From the NCBI RefSeq assembly GCF_000737315.1, contig NZ_JMCB01000018.1, positions 177,237 through 241,236 on the forward strand: a stretch of 64,000 nucleotides of DNA, written 5' to 3'. The notes below the pieces were generated by a model that saw only the letters and a list, made by a program, of their open reading frames with translations, did no database searches and was not told the origin of the DNA. The translations under genes and the position numbers were made by a program. How positions within the stretch are numbered: position 1 is the stretch's first letter; every line of letters begins with the position of its first letter. This document shows, in pieces, positions 22,104-34,707 of the stretch. The DNA comes from Hyalangium minutum. GTDB taxonomy: Bacteria > Myxococcota > Myxococcia > Myxococcales > Myxococcaceae.

Positions 22104-24277
22104 CAGCGTGCCTCCTTGACGGTAGCGGGCCCCTTGCGCACGCCCAGCTCGCGCAGCAGCGCATCCGCGTCCTCCACCTGATCCAGCATCCACAGCACGT
22201 AGCGCACGTCCACGTTCACGTTGCGGGCCACATCCGGGTTGTAGCCGAAATCATTGGCCACGTTCTCCCAGACGCGGTCGAAGTTCACACCCACCAGCTC
22301 GCCCTTGCCGTTCACCGTAGGGCTGCCCGAGTTGCCGCCCGTGGTGTCCGCGTCCGCCAGGAAGTCCACGGGCACGTCCTTGAGCGCCGGATCCACCCAG
22401 GGGCCGAGCTTCTTCGCCTCAACCGCCGCGAGCACCTTCGCCGGCACGTTGAAGGGCTCGGCGCCCGTGTGCTTGGCAACCATGCCCGTGAGCGTGGTCT
22501 GCGGGGTGTAGATGACGCCATCGCGCGGCGAATAGCCCTGCACCTTGGCGAAGGTCACCCGCAGGGTGCTGTTGGCATCCGGCGCCACGGGCTTGCCCGC
22601 CTGGGCCAGCACGGCCTTGCGCCACTCGGGACGCAGCCGCAACGCGGCGCCCTCCCGGCGATCCCTCAGCTCGTCCAGCTCGGTCACCTCCTTCGCCAGC
22701 TCCAGCCCAAAAGCCAGCAACGGATCCTTGCGCGCGGTGAGCTGGGCCTCGGTCTCCCCGAACATGGCCAGGCGGTCCGCGAGCGTGAGCACCTTTGTGC
22801 CCGCGTACATGGTGGCGACCTTCGCGGCTACCTGCTTCTCCGTGGCCTTGGCGCCGAAGTGCTTGTCCACCGCCGCGATGCGCTCCTCGGGCCCGAGCGC
22901 CAGGGCGCGCTTCACGAAGGCCTGGAACAGGCGCAGCTCGGCGGGGAGGAAGAGGTTCTTCTGCTCGCGCTCGAGCTGGTCCTTGAGCCGGGGCTGCTCG
23001 CGCTCCATGAACTCAGGCTCGCGCTCCAGATCCGGCTTGGCCCGCTCGCGCGACAGCCGCGACAGCGTCACCGCCATGGACACACCGCGCGCGCCCGCCC
23101 GGAGGTTGCTGAGGAGGAACTCGCGCTCGAACGTCTTGTCCGTGTCCTTCAGCGAGGAGAGCAGCTCCGTGCGGGCGCGCTGGGCCTCGGGGAACTTGCC
23201 GTTCTTCTCCACCCAGCGGGCCACGGTCTCCTCGGCCTCGCGCTGCTTCTCGATGATGCGCCCGCGCTTGAGCCCCGCGAGCTGGCCGCCCGAGTTCTTG
23301 TAGCGGTTGTGCAGGCTCTTGAGCGTGGAGGCGACGGCGATCTTTCCAGCGGGGTCCTTCTCGCCCACCTCCTCGAGGATGCGGATGGACTCGCCGTACA
23401 CGTCGATAATGCGCGGATACACGCGCGACTGGCGCTGAGCCATCTCATCGGCCAGCAGCGCTCGGTAGGTGGTGCCCGGGTAGCCGAGCACCATCGCGAA
23501 GTCCCCGGGCTTCACGCCCTGGGTGGCCAGCGGGAAGAAGAACTCGGCCTTGTACGCCTCGTTCTTGTCGCTGTACGGCGCGGCCGAGCCATCCGGAGCC
23601 GTATAGGCGCGGATGATCGAGAAGTCGCCGGTGTGGCGAGGCCACATCCAGTTGTCCTCCTCGCCGCCGTACTCGCCCACAGCGCGCGGCGGGGCGTAGA
23701 CGAGCCGCACGTCCATCAGCTCCACCGCGTCCACCAGCACGTACTGGAGCCCGCCATCGAAGGTGGACACCTGGCAGCGGGTGGCCGGGCGCTTCTCGCA
23801 CGCGGCGACGAGCTCCTTCTGCTTGCGCTCGATGGCCTTGTAGCGCGTCAGGTCATCCGCGCCGGCAGGCACCGCGGCCAGCACCTCCTTCGTGACGTCC
23901 GTGAAGCTGCGAGGCACCTGGACGCGAGCGCCCTTGCCGGGAAGCTCCGCCTCGCGGCTCGTGGCGAGGTAGCCCTGGGTGATCAGGTCCCGCTGGGGGG
24001 TGCTGTGCTCCTGGACGATGGAGAAGACGCAGTGGTGGTTGGTGATGATCAGGCCGGTGGAGGAGATGAAAGCGCCCGAGCACCCACCCACGTTCACAGC
24101 GCCCGCCAGGAGCCCCGTTCCCCGCTTGGGGTCCCACAGCCGCTGAGGCGGGACTTCCAATCCCTGGGCCTTGAGCCAGGAGGGATCGAGCTCGAGGACT
24201 TGCTGGGGGGTCCACTTTCCCTCTCCGGCGAGGGCCGGGGCTGCAACCAGAAGGAGGAGCAGGAGTGTCTTCTTCAT
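22103..24277 (-). CDS. S46-family dipeptidyl peptidase
   Basis: Signal peptide, EGKW, GCSGAFIS..LIITNHHC, NWMWPRHTGDFS, catalytic DTTGGNSGSP. Confidence 0.95.
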   Translation of the reverse strand: MKKTLLLLLLVAAPALAGEGKWTPQQVLELDPSWLKAQGLEVPPQRLWDPKRGTGLLAGAVNVGGCSGAFISSTGLIITNHHCVFSIVQEHSTPQRDLITQGYLATSREAELPGKGARVQVPRSFTDVTKEVLAAVPAGADDLTRYKAIERKQKELVAACEKRPATRCQVSTFDGGLQYVLVDAVELMDVRLVYAPPRAVGEYGGEEDNWMWPRHTGDFSIIRAYTAPDGSAAPYSDKNEAYKAEFFFPLATQGVKPGDFAMVLGYPGTTYRALLADEMAQRQSRVYPRIIDVYGESIRILEEVGEKDPAGKIAVASTLKSLHNRYKNSGGQLAGLKRGRIIEKQREAEETVARWVEKNGKFPEAQRARTELLSSLKDTDKTFEREFLLSNLRAGARGVSMAVTLSRLSRERAKPDLEREPEFMEREQPRLKDQLEREQKNLFLPAELRLFQAFVKRALALGPEERIAAVDKHFGAKATEKQVAAKVATMYAGTKVLTLADRLAMFGETEAQLTARKDPLLAFGLELAKEVTELDELRDRREGAALRLRPEWRKAVLAQAGKPVAPDANSTLRVTFAKVQGYSPRDGVIYTPQTTLTGMVAKHTGAEPFNVPAKVLAAVEAKKLGPWVDPALKDVPVDFLADADTTGGNSGSPTVNGKGELVGVNFDRVWENVANDFGYNPDVARNVNVDVRYVLWMLDQVEDADALLRELGVRKGPATVKEAR

Positions 24278-24390
24278 AGGGCCTTTCCCTACCCCGTCTA
24301 AGGCCCGCAGGCGACCCCCTGTGTGCGGTCAGGTCGTTTTCAGTGGAAGATGCTGCGAGCAGGCGTGTTCCGAAGCTGGAGGAAGACGAA

Positions 24391-25131
24391 ATGCAGACCG
24401 CGAGCGGAGCCAAGCTGGACAAGGGGCGAGTGGCCTTGCTGCTCGTGTTTCTAGGCCTGGGCTGGTTCTTCTGGGACTCGCCCCTCTTGCGGCCCGTGAA
24501 GCTGCTGGTGGTGATGATGCACGAGAGCGGGCACGCGATCGCCAGCCTGATCGTCGGCGGCTCGGTGGACAAGATCACCCTGAAGGCGGACGAGTCCGGG
24601 GCGTGCTTCTCCATGCTGCCACCGGGGGTATTGCGGCAGGTGATCGTCTTCTCGGCAGGCTACCTGGGCAGCGCGGTGATGGGAGCGGTGCTGCTGCTGG
24701 CGACCTTCCGGTTCCGGCTGCGACGGCTCGTGCTGGGCGCGGCGTGCGTCTGGCTGGCGGTGATGGGGCTGCTGTACGCGCGAGACATGTTCACGCTGGC
24801 CTTCTGCCTGGGCACGTCGGTGGTGCTGGGGCTGGCGGCGAAGTTCCTCCCAGAGGGAGCGGTGGAGGTGGTGAACCTCTTCCTGGCGGCCTTCACGGCC
24901 CTGTACGCGCTGTTCGACTTCCGGAGCGATCTCTGGGACAGCCGGGTGCGGGACATCAGCGACGCGGCACTGCTGTCGCAGCAAACGTGGGTGCCCGCCA
25001 TCATCTGGGCGGTGATCTGGACGCTGATGGGAGTCAGCCTCTTGGGTTGGGCCGCATACAAGTCGATGCACGCGGACCCCCGGTCCCCGCAGATGCGCAT
25101 GCCGCCGCTGTCCTCGGCCCGACGCTCCTGA
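24391..25131 (+). CDS. M50B-like membrane metallopeptidase
   Basis: MHESGH (HExxH), SAGYLG, multiple TM helices and a DA motif. Start at ATG 24391 after GGAGG. Confidence 0.88.
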   Translation: MQTASGAKLDKGRVALLLVFLGLGWFFWDSPLLRPVKLLVVMMHESGHAIASLIVGGSVDKITLKADESGACFSMLPPGVLRQVIVFSAGYLGSAVMGAVLLLATFRFRLRRLVLGAACVWLAVMGLLYARDMFTLAFCLGTSVVLGLAAKFLPEGAVEVVNLFLAAFTALYALFDFRSDLWDSRVRDISDAALLSQQTWVPAIIWAVIWTLMGVSLLGWAAYKSMHADPRSPQMRMPPLSSARRS

Positions 25132-25166
25132 GGGTCTTCTCGTACGAAAGAGCCAGTGGCTCGGGC

Positions 25167-25256
25167 ATGAGCGCACTCACCTATGACGGTCCTTACCGCG
25201 TCACGATCCGTAACAAGCCCGACCCCAGAATCGAGCATCCCCAGGACGGCATCGTT
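25167..25256 (+). pseudogene. 30-codon 5' remnant of a zinc-dependent alcohol/formaldehyde dehydrogenase
   Basis: MSALTYDGPYRVTIRNKPDPRIEHPQDGIV matches the typical N-terminus of this family; similarity stops before the CGSD zinc motif. Confidence 0.65.
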
Positions 25257-25367
25257 CCACCTGGCTGTTCGTGGCGCCTAACGTTAGCGAACGTGGACCC
25301 GCCACCCACACTCGCAGTATCATCTCCGCCATCACTTCACACTCGCGGTAAACAGAGGAGTCTGACG

Positions 25368-25628
25368 ATGGTACGGATCGCAGCATTGGTTGTGGGTCTT
25401 GTACTGGGTGGCTCTACGGGTTTGATTCTCACTCCTGCGAAGGCGGTTGCCTCCAGCCCTTCGATCGAGTTGCAGAGTGCATCCCAGACTCTAGGTGATT
25501 CGCGGGAGGAAAATGCCTCCACACCCGGAACCTCGAGCCCAGTACGGTGCTGCGTGACATGCCCAACTCAACAAGCTTGCGGCACCTGTGTCTTCCTGGC
25601 GTGTGGCTCGTGCTGCATCCCCCGCTGA
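25368..25628 (+). CDS. Small secreted cysteine-rich peptide (86 aa)
   Basis: AGAGGAG RBS, signal peptide, polar spacer and a C-terminal CC-x2-C-x5-C-x2-C-x4-C-x2-CC core. Not listed separately in the ORF track. Confidence 0.7.
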   Translation: MVRIAALVVGLVLGGSTGLILTPAKAVASSPSIELQSASQTLGDSREENASTPGTSSPVRCCVTCPTQQACGTCVFLACGSCCIPR

Positions 25629-25696
25629 TCCCGCGCGGCCAGAGAGGCAATTGAACCCTGTGTCGCTTTGTCTTGATCCGTGCGAAGGGTGTTGCT

Positions 25697-26389
25697 GTGG
25701 GTGAAGACGCCAAGCGCTGGCTTCTGGCAGGAGTCCTCGCTGGAGGCATTGCGGTAATTGGTGCGCTGCTCAGCCTGGGTGGCACCGATCAGCCACCCTC
25801 CCCTCGAGCAGCCAGGGTCGACCCATCACCGCAGGCCCCGCCGCCTCTCGGCAATGGGACAGTAAAGGCAGACCCACTTCAAATCGAGACGTTGCGGCGC
25901 CGCATCGCAAGCCTTGAGAAGGAACTTACGGCGGCGCGCGCAGCGCCCGCCCCTGTCGAAAAACCCGTGATCATCACGCCAGTGCCGCCCGGCACCCAAC
26001 CTGAAGAATCTGCCCCGCTGCCGTTTCCTCCTGATATCCCCACAGCGTACACCCCCCAAGCATTTCAGCGGGTCGCGCTTGAAGCTGCGAGGGTATGCGG
26101 GATGGGAATCAACGTCTTCGCTGTAGAATGTTCGGAGTTCCCATGCATCGCGTGGGCTCGTGCGCTCGACGCAAAGGTGCAGCGATTTTCGATGGATGAG
26201 TGCGCTCCGTGGGTAGAGGTGTTTCAGGGAACGGTCGTGTTTGGCGCTACGGGCAAGAATGCTGGAGGTGAAGAGGAGCGCTACTTCGGTTGGATGCCCA
26301 TCCCGCCAGACACGTCACTGCAACCCACCATCTTCAAGCGCAGCCAAGCGCGGGCACGCGAGCTGAAGGAGGCCGTAGGCCTGCATTGA
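25697..26389 (+). CDS. Hypothetical single-pass membrane protein
   Basis: N-terminal TM, Pro-rich linker, short coiled coil, Cys-containing C-terminal domain (CSEFPC). A GTG start at 25697 is preferred. Confidence 0.7.
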   Translation: MGEDAKRWLLAGVLAGGIAVIGALLSLGGTDQPPSPRAARVDPSPQAPPPLGNGTVKADPLQIETLRRRIASLEKELTAARAAPAPVEKPVIITPVPPGTQPEESAPLPFPPDIPTAYTPQAFQRVALEAARVCGMGINVFAVECSEFPCIAWARALDAKVQRFSMDECAPWVEVFQGTVVFGATGKNAGGEEERYFGWMPIPPDTSLQPTIFKRSQARARELKEAVGLH

Positions 26390-26613
26390 ACGAACAGCGC
26401 GCGGGGTAGGCAGCGCGACGAACGAACATCGTCCGCGTCTCCAGTTCCTCGACATTGACGGAGTGCTGACGGAGGAGCGCGGTCACACAGGCGGCGATGC
26501 CGAGCTGATCGTTGCTGTAGACCTTGAGAACGGAACGGCAGTCATCGGCCGGCCGCCTCTGACAGCCGCCTGCGCTTCACGGGGAGCCCTCGGGCCGACT
26601 ACGCTCCGGCCCC

Positions 26614-28410
26614 GTGTCCTCCTACACCGTGCTGCACTTCGCGCTCGCGGGTGCGTTCTTCGTCCTCGCCCTCTTGCACTTCGCCACCTGGGCCGCAGTG
26701 CGCTCCCAAGCGGTTCAGCTCTGGCTCGCCTCAAGCTTCCTCGGGTTCGCCGTGCTCAGCATGGCGACCGGCCTGACCAGCTACCAAGCCGGTGTCCTGA
26801 CCGCCGATACACGCCCCTGGCTCCTCCTCGGCGTCCTTCCTTCCATTCCCCTCCCCTACACCCTCCTTCGCACCGTCTGGTCGCTGCTGGATGTCCCGCT
26901 CACACGGTGGCGACGCGCCCTGCTGGGAGTGGCCCTCGTCATCGGTGCGGTGCGAGTGCTGGATGTGGCGTGGTCCCTCCTCAGAGTGGCCGCGCCAGAG
27001 GGAATCTTGGAAGCGCCCGCGCCTGCCGCCGCAGGACTGAGCCTTCCCCTGTTCTGGCTGCTCGCCACCTGTGTCGCCGGAACCTGGGCCTTCGAAGCCG
27101 TCCGGCTCCTGAAGCGCCGCGGCGCGATGGCCGTGGCCGTGCTCGCCGCCTCCTTCTTCGCGCTCCTGCTCCTCGGCCGTGAGCTCGCCATTGACGTGGG
27201 CTGGCTCCCGGGGCGTCCCCTCTTCGTGCTCGTGGGCCTCCCCTTCCTGCTCCTCGCCTCCACCTCGCTCGCCATTCTCACCGCGCGCTCGCTCCGGGGC
27301 GCGGACCTCGGCACCGGCATTCACCGCTACCGACGGCTCACCCAGCTCGGACGCGGCGGCATGGGTGAGGTGTGGCTCGCGGTACGCACCGGGCGCGCGG
27401 GGTTCCACCGGCTCGTCGTCCTCAAGCGAATGCTGGAGAATGACGCCGACGACCCGGCGGTCCAGGTCCAGCGATTCATCGGCGAAGCCCGTACCTCCGC
27501 GCGCCTCCATCATCCGAACATCGTCTCGGTCTACGATCTCGGGCAGATCGACGGTGCCTGGTTCATCGTCATGGAGTACCTGAGCGGCGTGAACGCGCTC
27601 GACCTCGTCCGGCGCGTTGAAAAAGGAGGCTCGCTGCCGCTCGAGGTCATCGTCGAGATCTGCCAGCAGTCCCTGCGCGGGCTCGCCTACGCACACGAGC
27701 AGGGCGTGATCCATCGCGACATCAGCGCGGACAACCTCTTCGTGTCATTTGACGGGGTGGTGAAGGTCGTCGACTTCGGAATTGCCCATCGCGCTGGAGA
27801 GGCCCAGGAGCAAGTCCTCTCGACAACCTCCAGCCCCATGCCGTCGGAGCCGCGGCTCACGCAGGTCGGCCTCGTCATTGGAAAGGCCCCGTACATGCCG
27901 CCTGAGCGACGCGAGGGAGGCGAGGCAACCGCTTCCGGCGATCTCTTCGCGCTCGGCTGTGTCCTCTACGAGCTGCTGTTCGGCGCGCTCCCCGATGTCT
28001 CCGCTGAGAGCCTCCAGCTGCCGCGTCTGGAGCGGCCTGAGGCACCCGCCGCAGCCCAGCGGCTCCGGCAGGTTCTCGCCGTCGCGCTTCACCCCCAACT
28101 GGAGCGGCGCTTCGCCGACGCAAGGGCCTTTCAGCGAGCGCTCGATCCGGTCCGGAACGAGCTGCCGGCGGTAGAGCTCGAGCGCTGGCTGCGCGAAAAC
28201 TTCTCGGAGCGATGGACGCGCGAACGAGGGCTCTTGGAGCTCAGCGATCCCACGCCCGCCGAAGTGGAGGCGCTGCGCACGCGCGAGCAGCCCCCGCAGC
28301 CCAGCGCCGCAGACCAGACCACGCAGATCATCGAGCCCGGAGCACCCAAGCCCCCCAGTGAGCAGGAGACACGCGTGCAGCCGCGTGCCCCCGGAGCCCA
28401 GCGCCGCTGA
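26614..28410 (+). CDS. Ser/Thr protein kinase with a seven-TM N-terminal sensor
   Basis: Seven hydrophobic segments in the first ~230 aa, then LGRGGMGEV, VVLKR, HRDISADN, DFG and GKAPYMPPE. Confidence 0.9.
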   Translation: MSSYTVLHFALAGAFFVLALLHFATWAAVRSQAVQLWLASSFLGFAVLSMATGLTSYQAGVLTADTRPWLLLGVLPSIPLPYTLLRTVWSLLDVPLTRWRRALLGVALVIGAVRVLDVAWSLLRVAAPEGILEAPAPAAAGLSLPLFWLLATCVAGTWAFEAVRLLKRRGAMAVAVLAASFFALLLLGRELAIDVGWLPGRPLFVLVGLPFLLLASTSLAILTARSLRGADLGTGIHRYRRLTQLGRGGMGEVWLAVRTGRAGFHRLVVLKRMLENDADDPAVQVQRFIGEARTSARLHHPNIVSVYDLGQIDGAWFIVMEYLSGVNALDLVRRVEKGGSLPLEVIVEICQQSLRGLAYAHEQGVIHRDISADNLFVSFDGVVKVVDFGIAHRAGEAQEQVLSTTSSPMPSEPRLTQVGLVIGKAPYMPPERREGGEATASGDLFALGCVLYELLFGALPDVSAESLQLPRLERPEAPAAAQRLRQVLAVALHPQLERRFADARAFQRALDPVRNELPAVELERWLRENFSERWTRERGLLELSDPTPAEVEALRTREQPPQPSAADQTTQIIEPGAPKPPSEQETRVQPRAPGAQRR

Positions 28411-28437
28411 GCCCGCTGAAGGGGTCTCCCTGCGCCC

Positions 28438-29097
28438 TCACCGGCGAGGGCGCATCCGGTACGCCACGAAGGCGGCCACGTCCGGGAAAGCGAAGTAGGG
28501 GTTCGTGCGCCGCACCTCCCCCATCGCCGCCACCGGCACCTCCGCGTAGTCATGCCCCGGCCACAGCCGCGTCTCGTCCGGCACCTTCAGCAGCACCTGG
28601 CTCAGCGACCGGTACATGTCCTCCGGGCTGCCGCCCCTCAAGTCGCACCGCCCGCATCCATTGATGAAGAGCGTGTCCCCGGACACCAGCGCATCCCCCG
28701 CCAGCAGGCAGTGCGAGCCCGGCGTATGCCCCGGCGTGTGCAGCGCCTGGAAGCTCCGGCTTCCCACCGGAATGGCCTCTCCTGGCCCCACCGCCTTCAG
28801 CGCGTCGCCCGCCAGCGAGCGCAGATCCTCCGAGAACGCCACCTCCTCGCGCTGCGCGTACACGGGCACATCGTGCCGGGCCAGCAGCTCCGGGAGCCCA
28901 TTGATGTGGTCCTTGTGGCAGTGCGACACGAACGCCCCCACCAACTGCTTGCCCTGCTCGGCCAGCGCCTGCTCGATCGCCCCCACCTCCCAGGCCGGAT
29001 CCACCACCAGCACCTCGGGGGACCCCTGCACCCCCACCAAGTAGACGAAGTTGTCCATCGGCCCGAGCTTGAGCTGATGGATGTAAGGCCTCTCCAT
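28438..29097 (-). CDS. MBL-fold metallo-hydrolase (glyoxalase II-like)
   Basis: SHCHKDHING, TPGHTPG, SGDTLF, GCGRCD and PGHDY motifs. Start at ATG 29097. Confidence 0.92.
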   Translation of the reverse strand: MERPYIHQLKLGPMDNFVYLVGVQGSPEVLVVDPAWEVGAIEQALAEQGKQLVGAFVSHCHKDHINGLPELLARHDVPVYAQREEVAFSEDLRSLAGDALKAVGPGEAIPVGSRSFQALHTPGHTPGSHCLLAGDALVSGDTLFINGCGRCDLRGGSPEDMYRSLSQVLLKVPDETRLWPGHDYAEVPVAAMGEVRRTNPYFAFPDVAAFVAYRMRPRR

Positions 29098-29172
29098 GAA
29101 TGACCTCCCTGGCTGATAATCCTGCATACTGCCTTCCCAGCCCATCCCTAGCCCATCCCCCGGAGGCCCCGC

Positions 29173-29970
29173 TTGAAGAGTCCGCTGCTGACGCTCGCCT
29201 GTACCCTCATTGCCACCGCGAGCGTTGCCGCCGCTCCTCGCTCCACCTTCAAGTACTCCCCGCCCAAGGAGGACGGAGACGATCAGCGCCCCGTCATCGT
29301 CGACGCCACCATCGGCCCTCAGGGCAGCGACTTCGCCATGCGCCTGCGCTTCGACAAGGAGCCCTGGGGTGAGGCCTGCAAGACTCGCTGCGCCAACGCC
29401 ACCCTCTTCCTGGACACCGACAACAACACCACCACCGGCATCCAGCTCGGCAAGAAGCTCCCCGAGACAGGCGCGGACATGGTCGTCGTCATCCAAGGCT
29501 CCCGCGAGTACAGGGGCGACAGCTCCACCTCGGTGCTGCGCGTCAAGGTGCGACAGCTCACCGGCGAGGCCAAGACCGTGGAGGAGGGCGAGGCGCTCGC
29601 CGACTACGACAACAACCAGGACCCCGAGCGCGTGCAGATCGACGGGAACACCGTCTACCTGCTCATCGACACCACCGGCCCCACCCTGCCCTCCGGCCGC
29701 AAGGTGCGCGTCGTCTACCACCCGCCCGCCGCCAAGGCGCTCGTGGCCACCATTGAAGGCATGCTCAGCGGGGGCTCCAACGCCAACGTCCGCATCTTCC
29801 GTGGCAGCGGCAGCAAGAAGGGCTGGGGCAGGCCCAGTGAGGCGGGTACTCCCACGTCCACTCCCAACTCGGGCTCCCAGGGCATTAGCCCTCGCCCCGG
29901 CGTCAACCCGGGCTCCCAGGGCATCCCTCGCTCGGGCGTCAACCCGGGCTCCCAGGGCATCCGCCGGTAG
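29173..29970 (+). CDS. Hypothetical secreted protein with a repetitive C-terminal tail
   Basis: GGAGG RBS, TTG start, signal peptide, host-like codon usage. Confidence 0.75.
   Translation: MKSPLLTLACTLIATASVAAAPRSTFKYSPPKEDGDDQRPVIVDATIGPQGSDFAMRLRFDKEPWGEACKTRCANATLFLDTDNNTTTGIQLGKKLPETGADMVVVIQGSREYRGDSSTSVLRVKVRQLTGEAKTVEEGEALADYDNNQDPERVQIDGNTVYLLIDTTGPTLPSGRKVRVVYHPPAAKALVATIEGMLSGGSNANVRIFRGSGSKKGWGRPSEAGTPTSTPNSGSQGISPRPGVNPGSQGIPRSGVNPGSQGIRR
29866..29961 (+). repeat. Three copies of a 21-bp unit encoding N(S/P)GSQGI
   Basis: AAC(T/C)CGGGCTCCCAGGGCAT(T/C) at 29866, 29905 and 29941. Confidence 0.85.
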
Positions 29971-30087
29971 CGTTCAGCCCTCTCTCCACACACCTGGGCA
30001 CATCTTTCTGACGCCCGCTGTCCCGATCACCCTCCAGGCAAGCAAGCCTCCCGGTCCTTGAATTCCTCGCTGGGAGAGCGGGTTTTA

Positions 30088-30117
30088 TTGGCACCATGAA
30101 CTGAACACCTGTATAGG
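30088..30117 (+). promoter_or_regulatory. Sigma-70-like promoter with an overlapping Myxococcus-type LexA (SOS) box
   Basis: TTGGCA (30088-93), an 18-nt spacer, then TATAGG (30112-17). The reverse strand of 30100-30116 reads CTATACAGGTGTTCAGT, a 15/17 match to the M. xanthus LexA consensus CTRHAMRYBYGTTCAGS (recalled). Confidence 0.55.
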
Positions 30118-30273
30118 TGTCCGGATCACGAGAGGCTGCAACCCCTCGAATTCGTTCCCTTTGTCAGTCGGCCATGGTAGGCGGGCCGCCAGACGACACA
30201 CCGCATCCTTGAATTGCGGAGTGCGCAGGGCGCGCGCCGGGTTCGGGGAACGGACGTTCCTTTGCCTGAACAC

Positions 30274-32664
<2,391 letters not shown>

Positions 32665-32676
32665 CCGAGGGACACC

Positions 32677-34611
<1,935 letters not shown>

Positions 34612-34707
34612 TCCGCTTCCTCCTGTGAGGGGGGAGTTGGGCCCACCCCGGCTTCTCCCGGCTGGGGAATGGTGTCCGGGGGGCCGGGTCGGGTAGCATC
34701 CGCGCCC

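Noticed and set aside
24171-25628. 485-aa plus-strand ORF
   Set aside because: It is an off-frame read-through over the M50 gene that strings together the dehydrogenase remnant and the Cys-rich peptide, so it is not one protein.
25368-25628. RiPP (lanthipeptide/ranthipeptide/thiopeptide) precursor call for the Cys-rich peptide
   Set aside because: It has a Sec-type signal peptide, and there is no radical SAM, LanM/B/C, YcaO or peptide transporter gene nearby.
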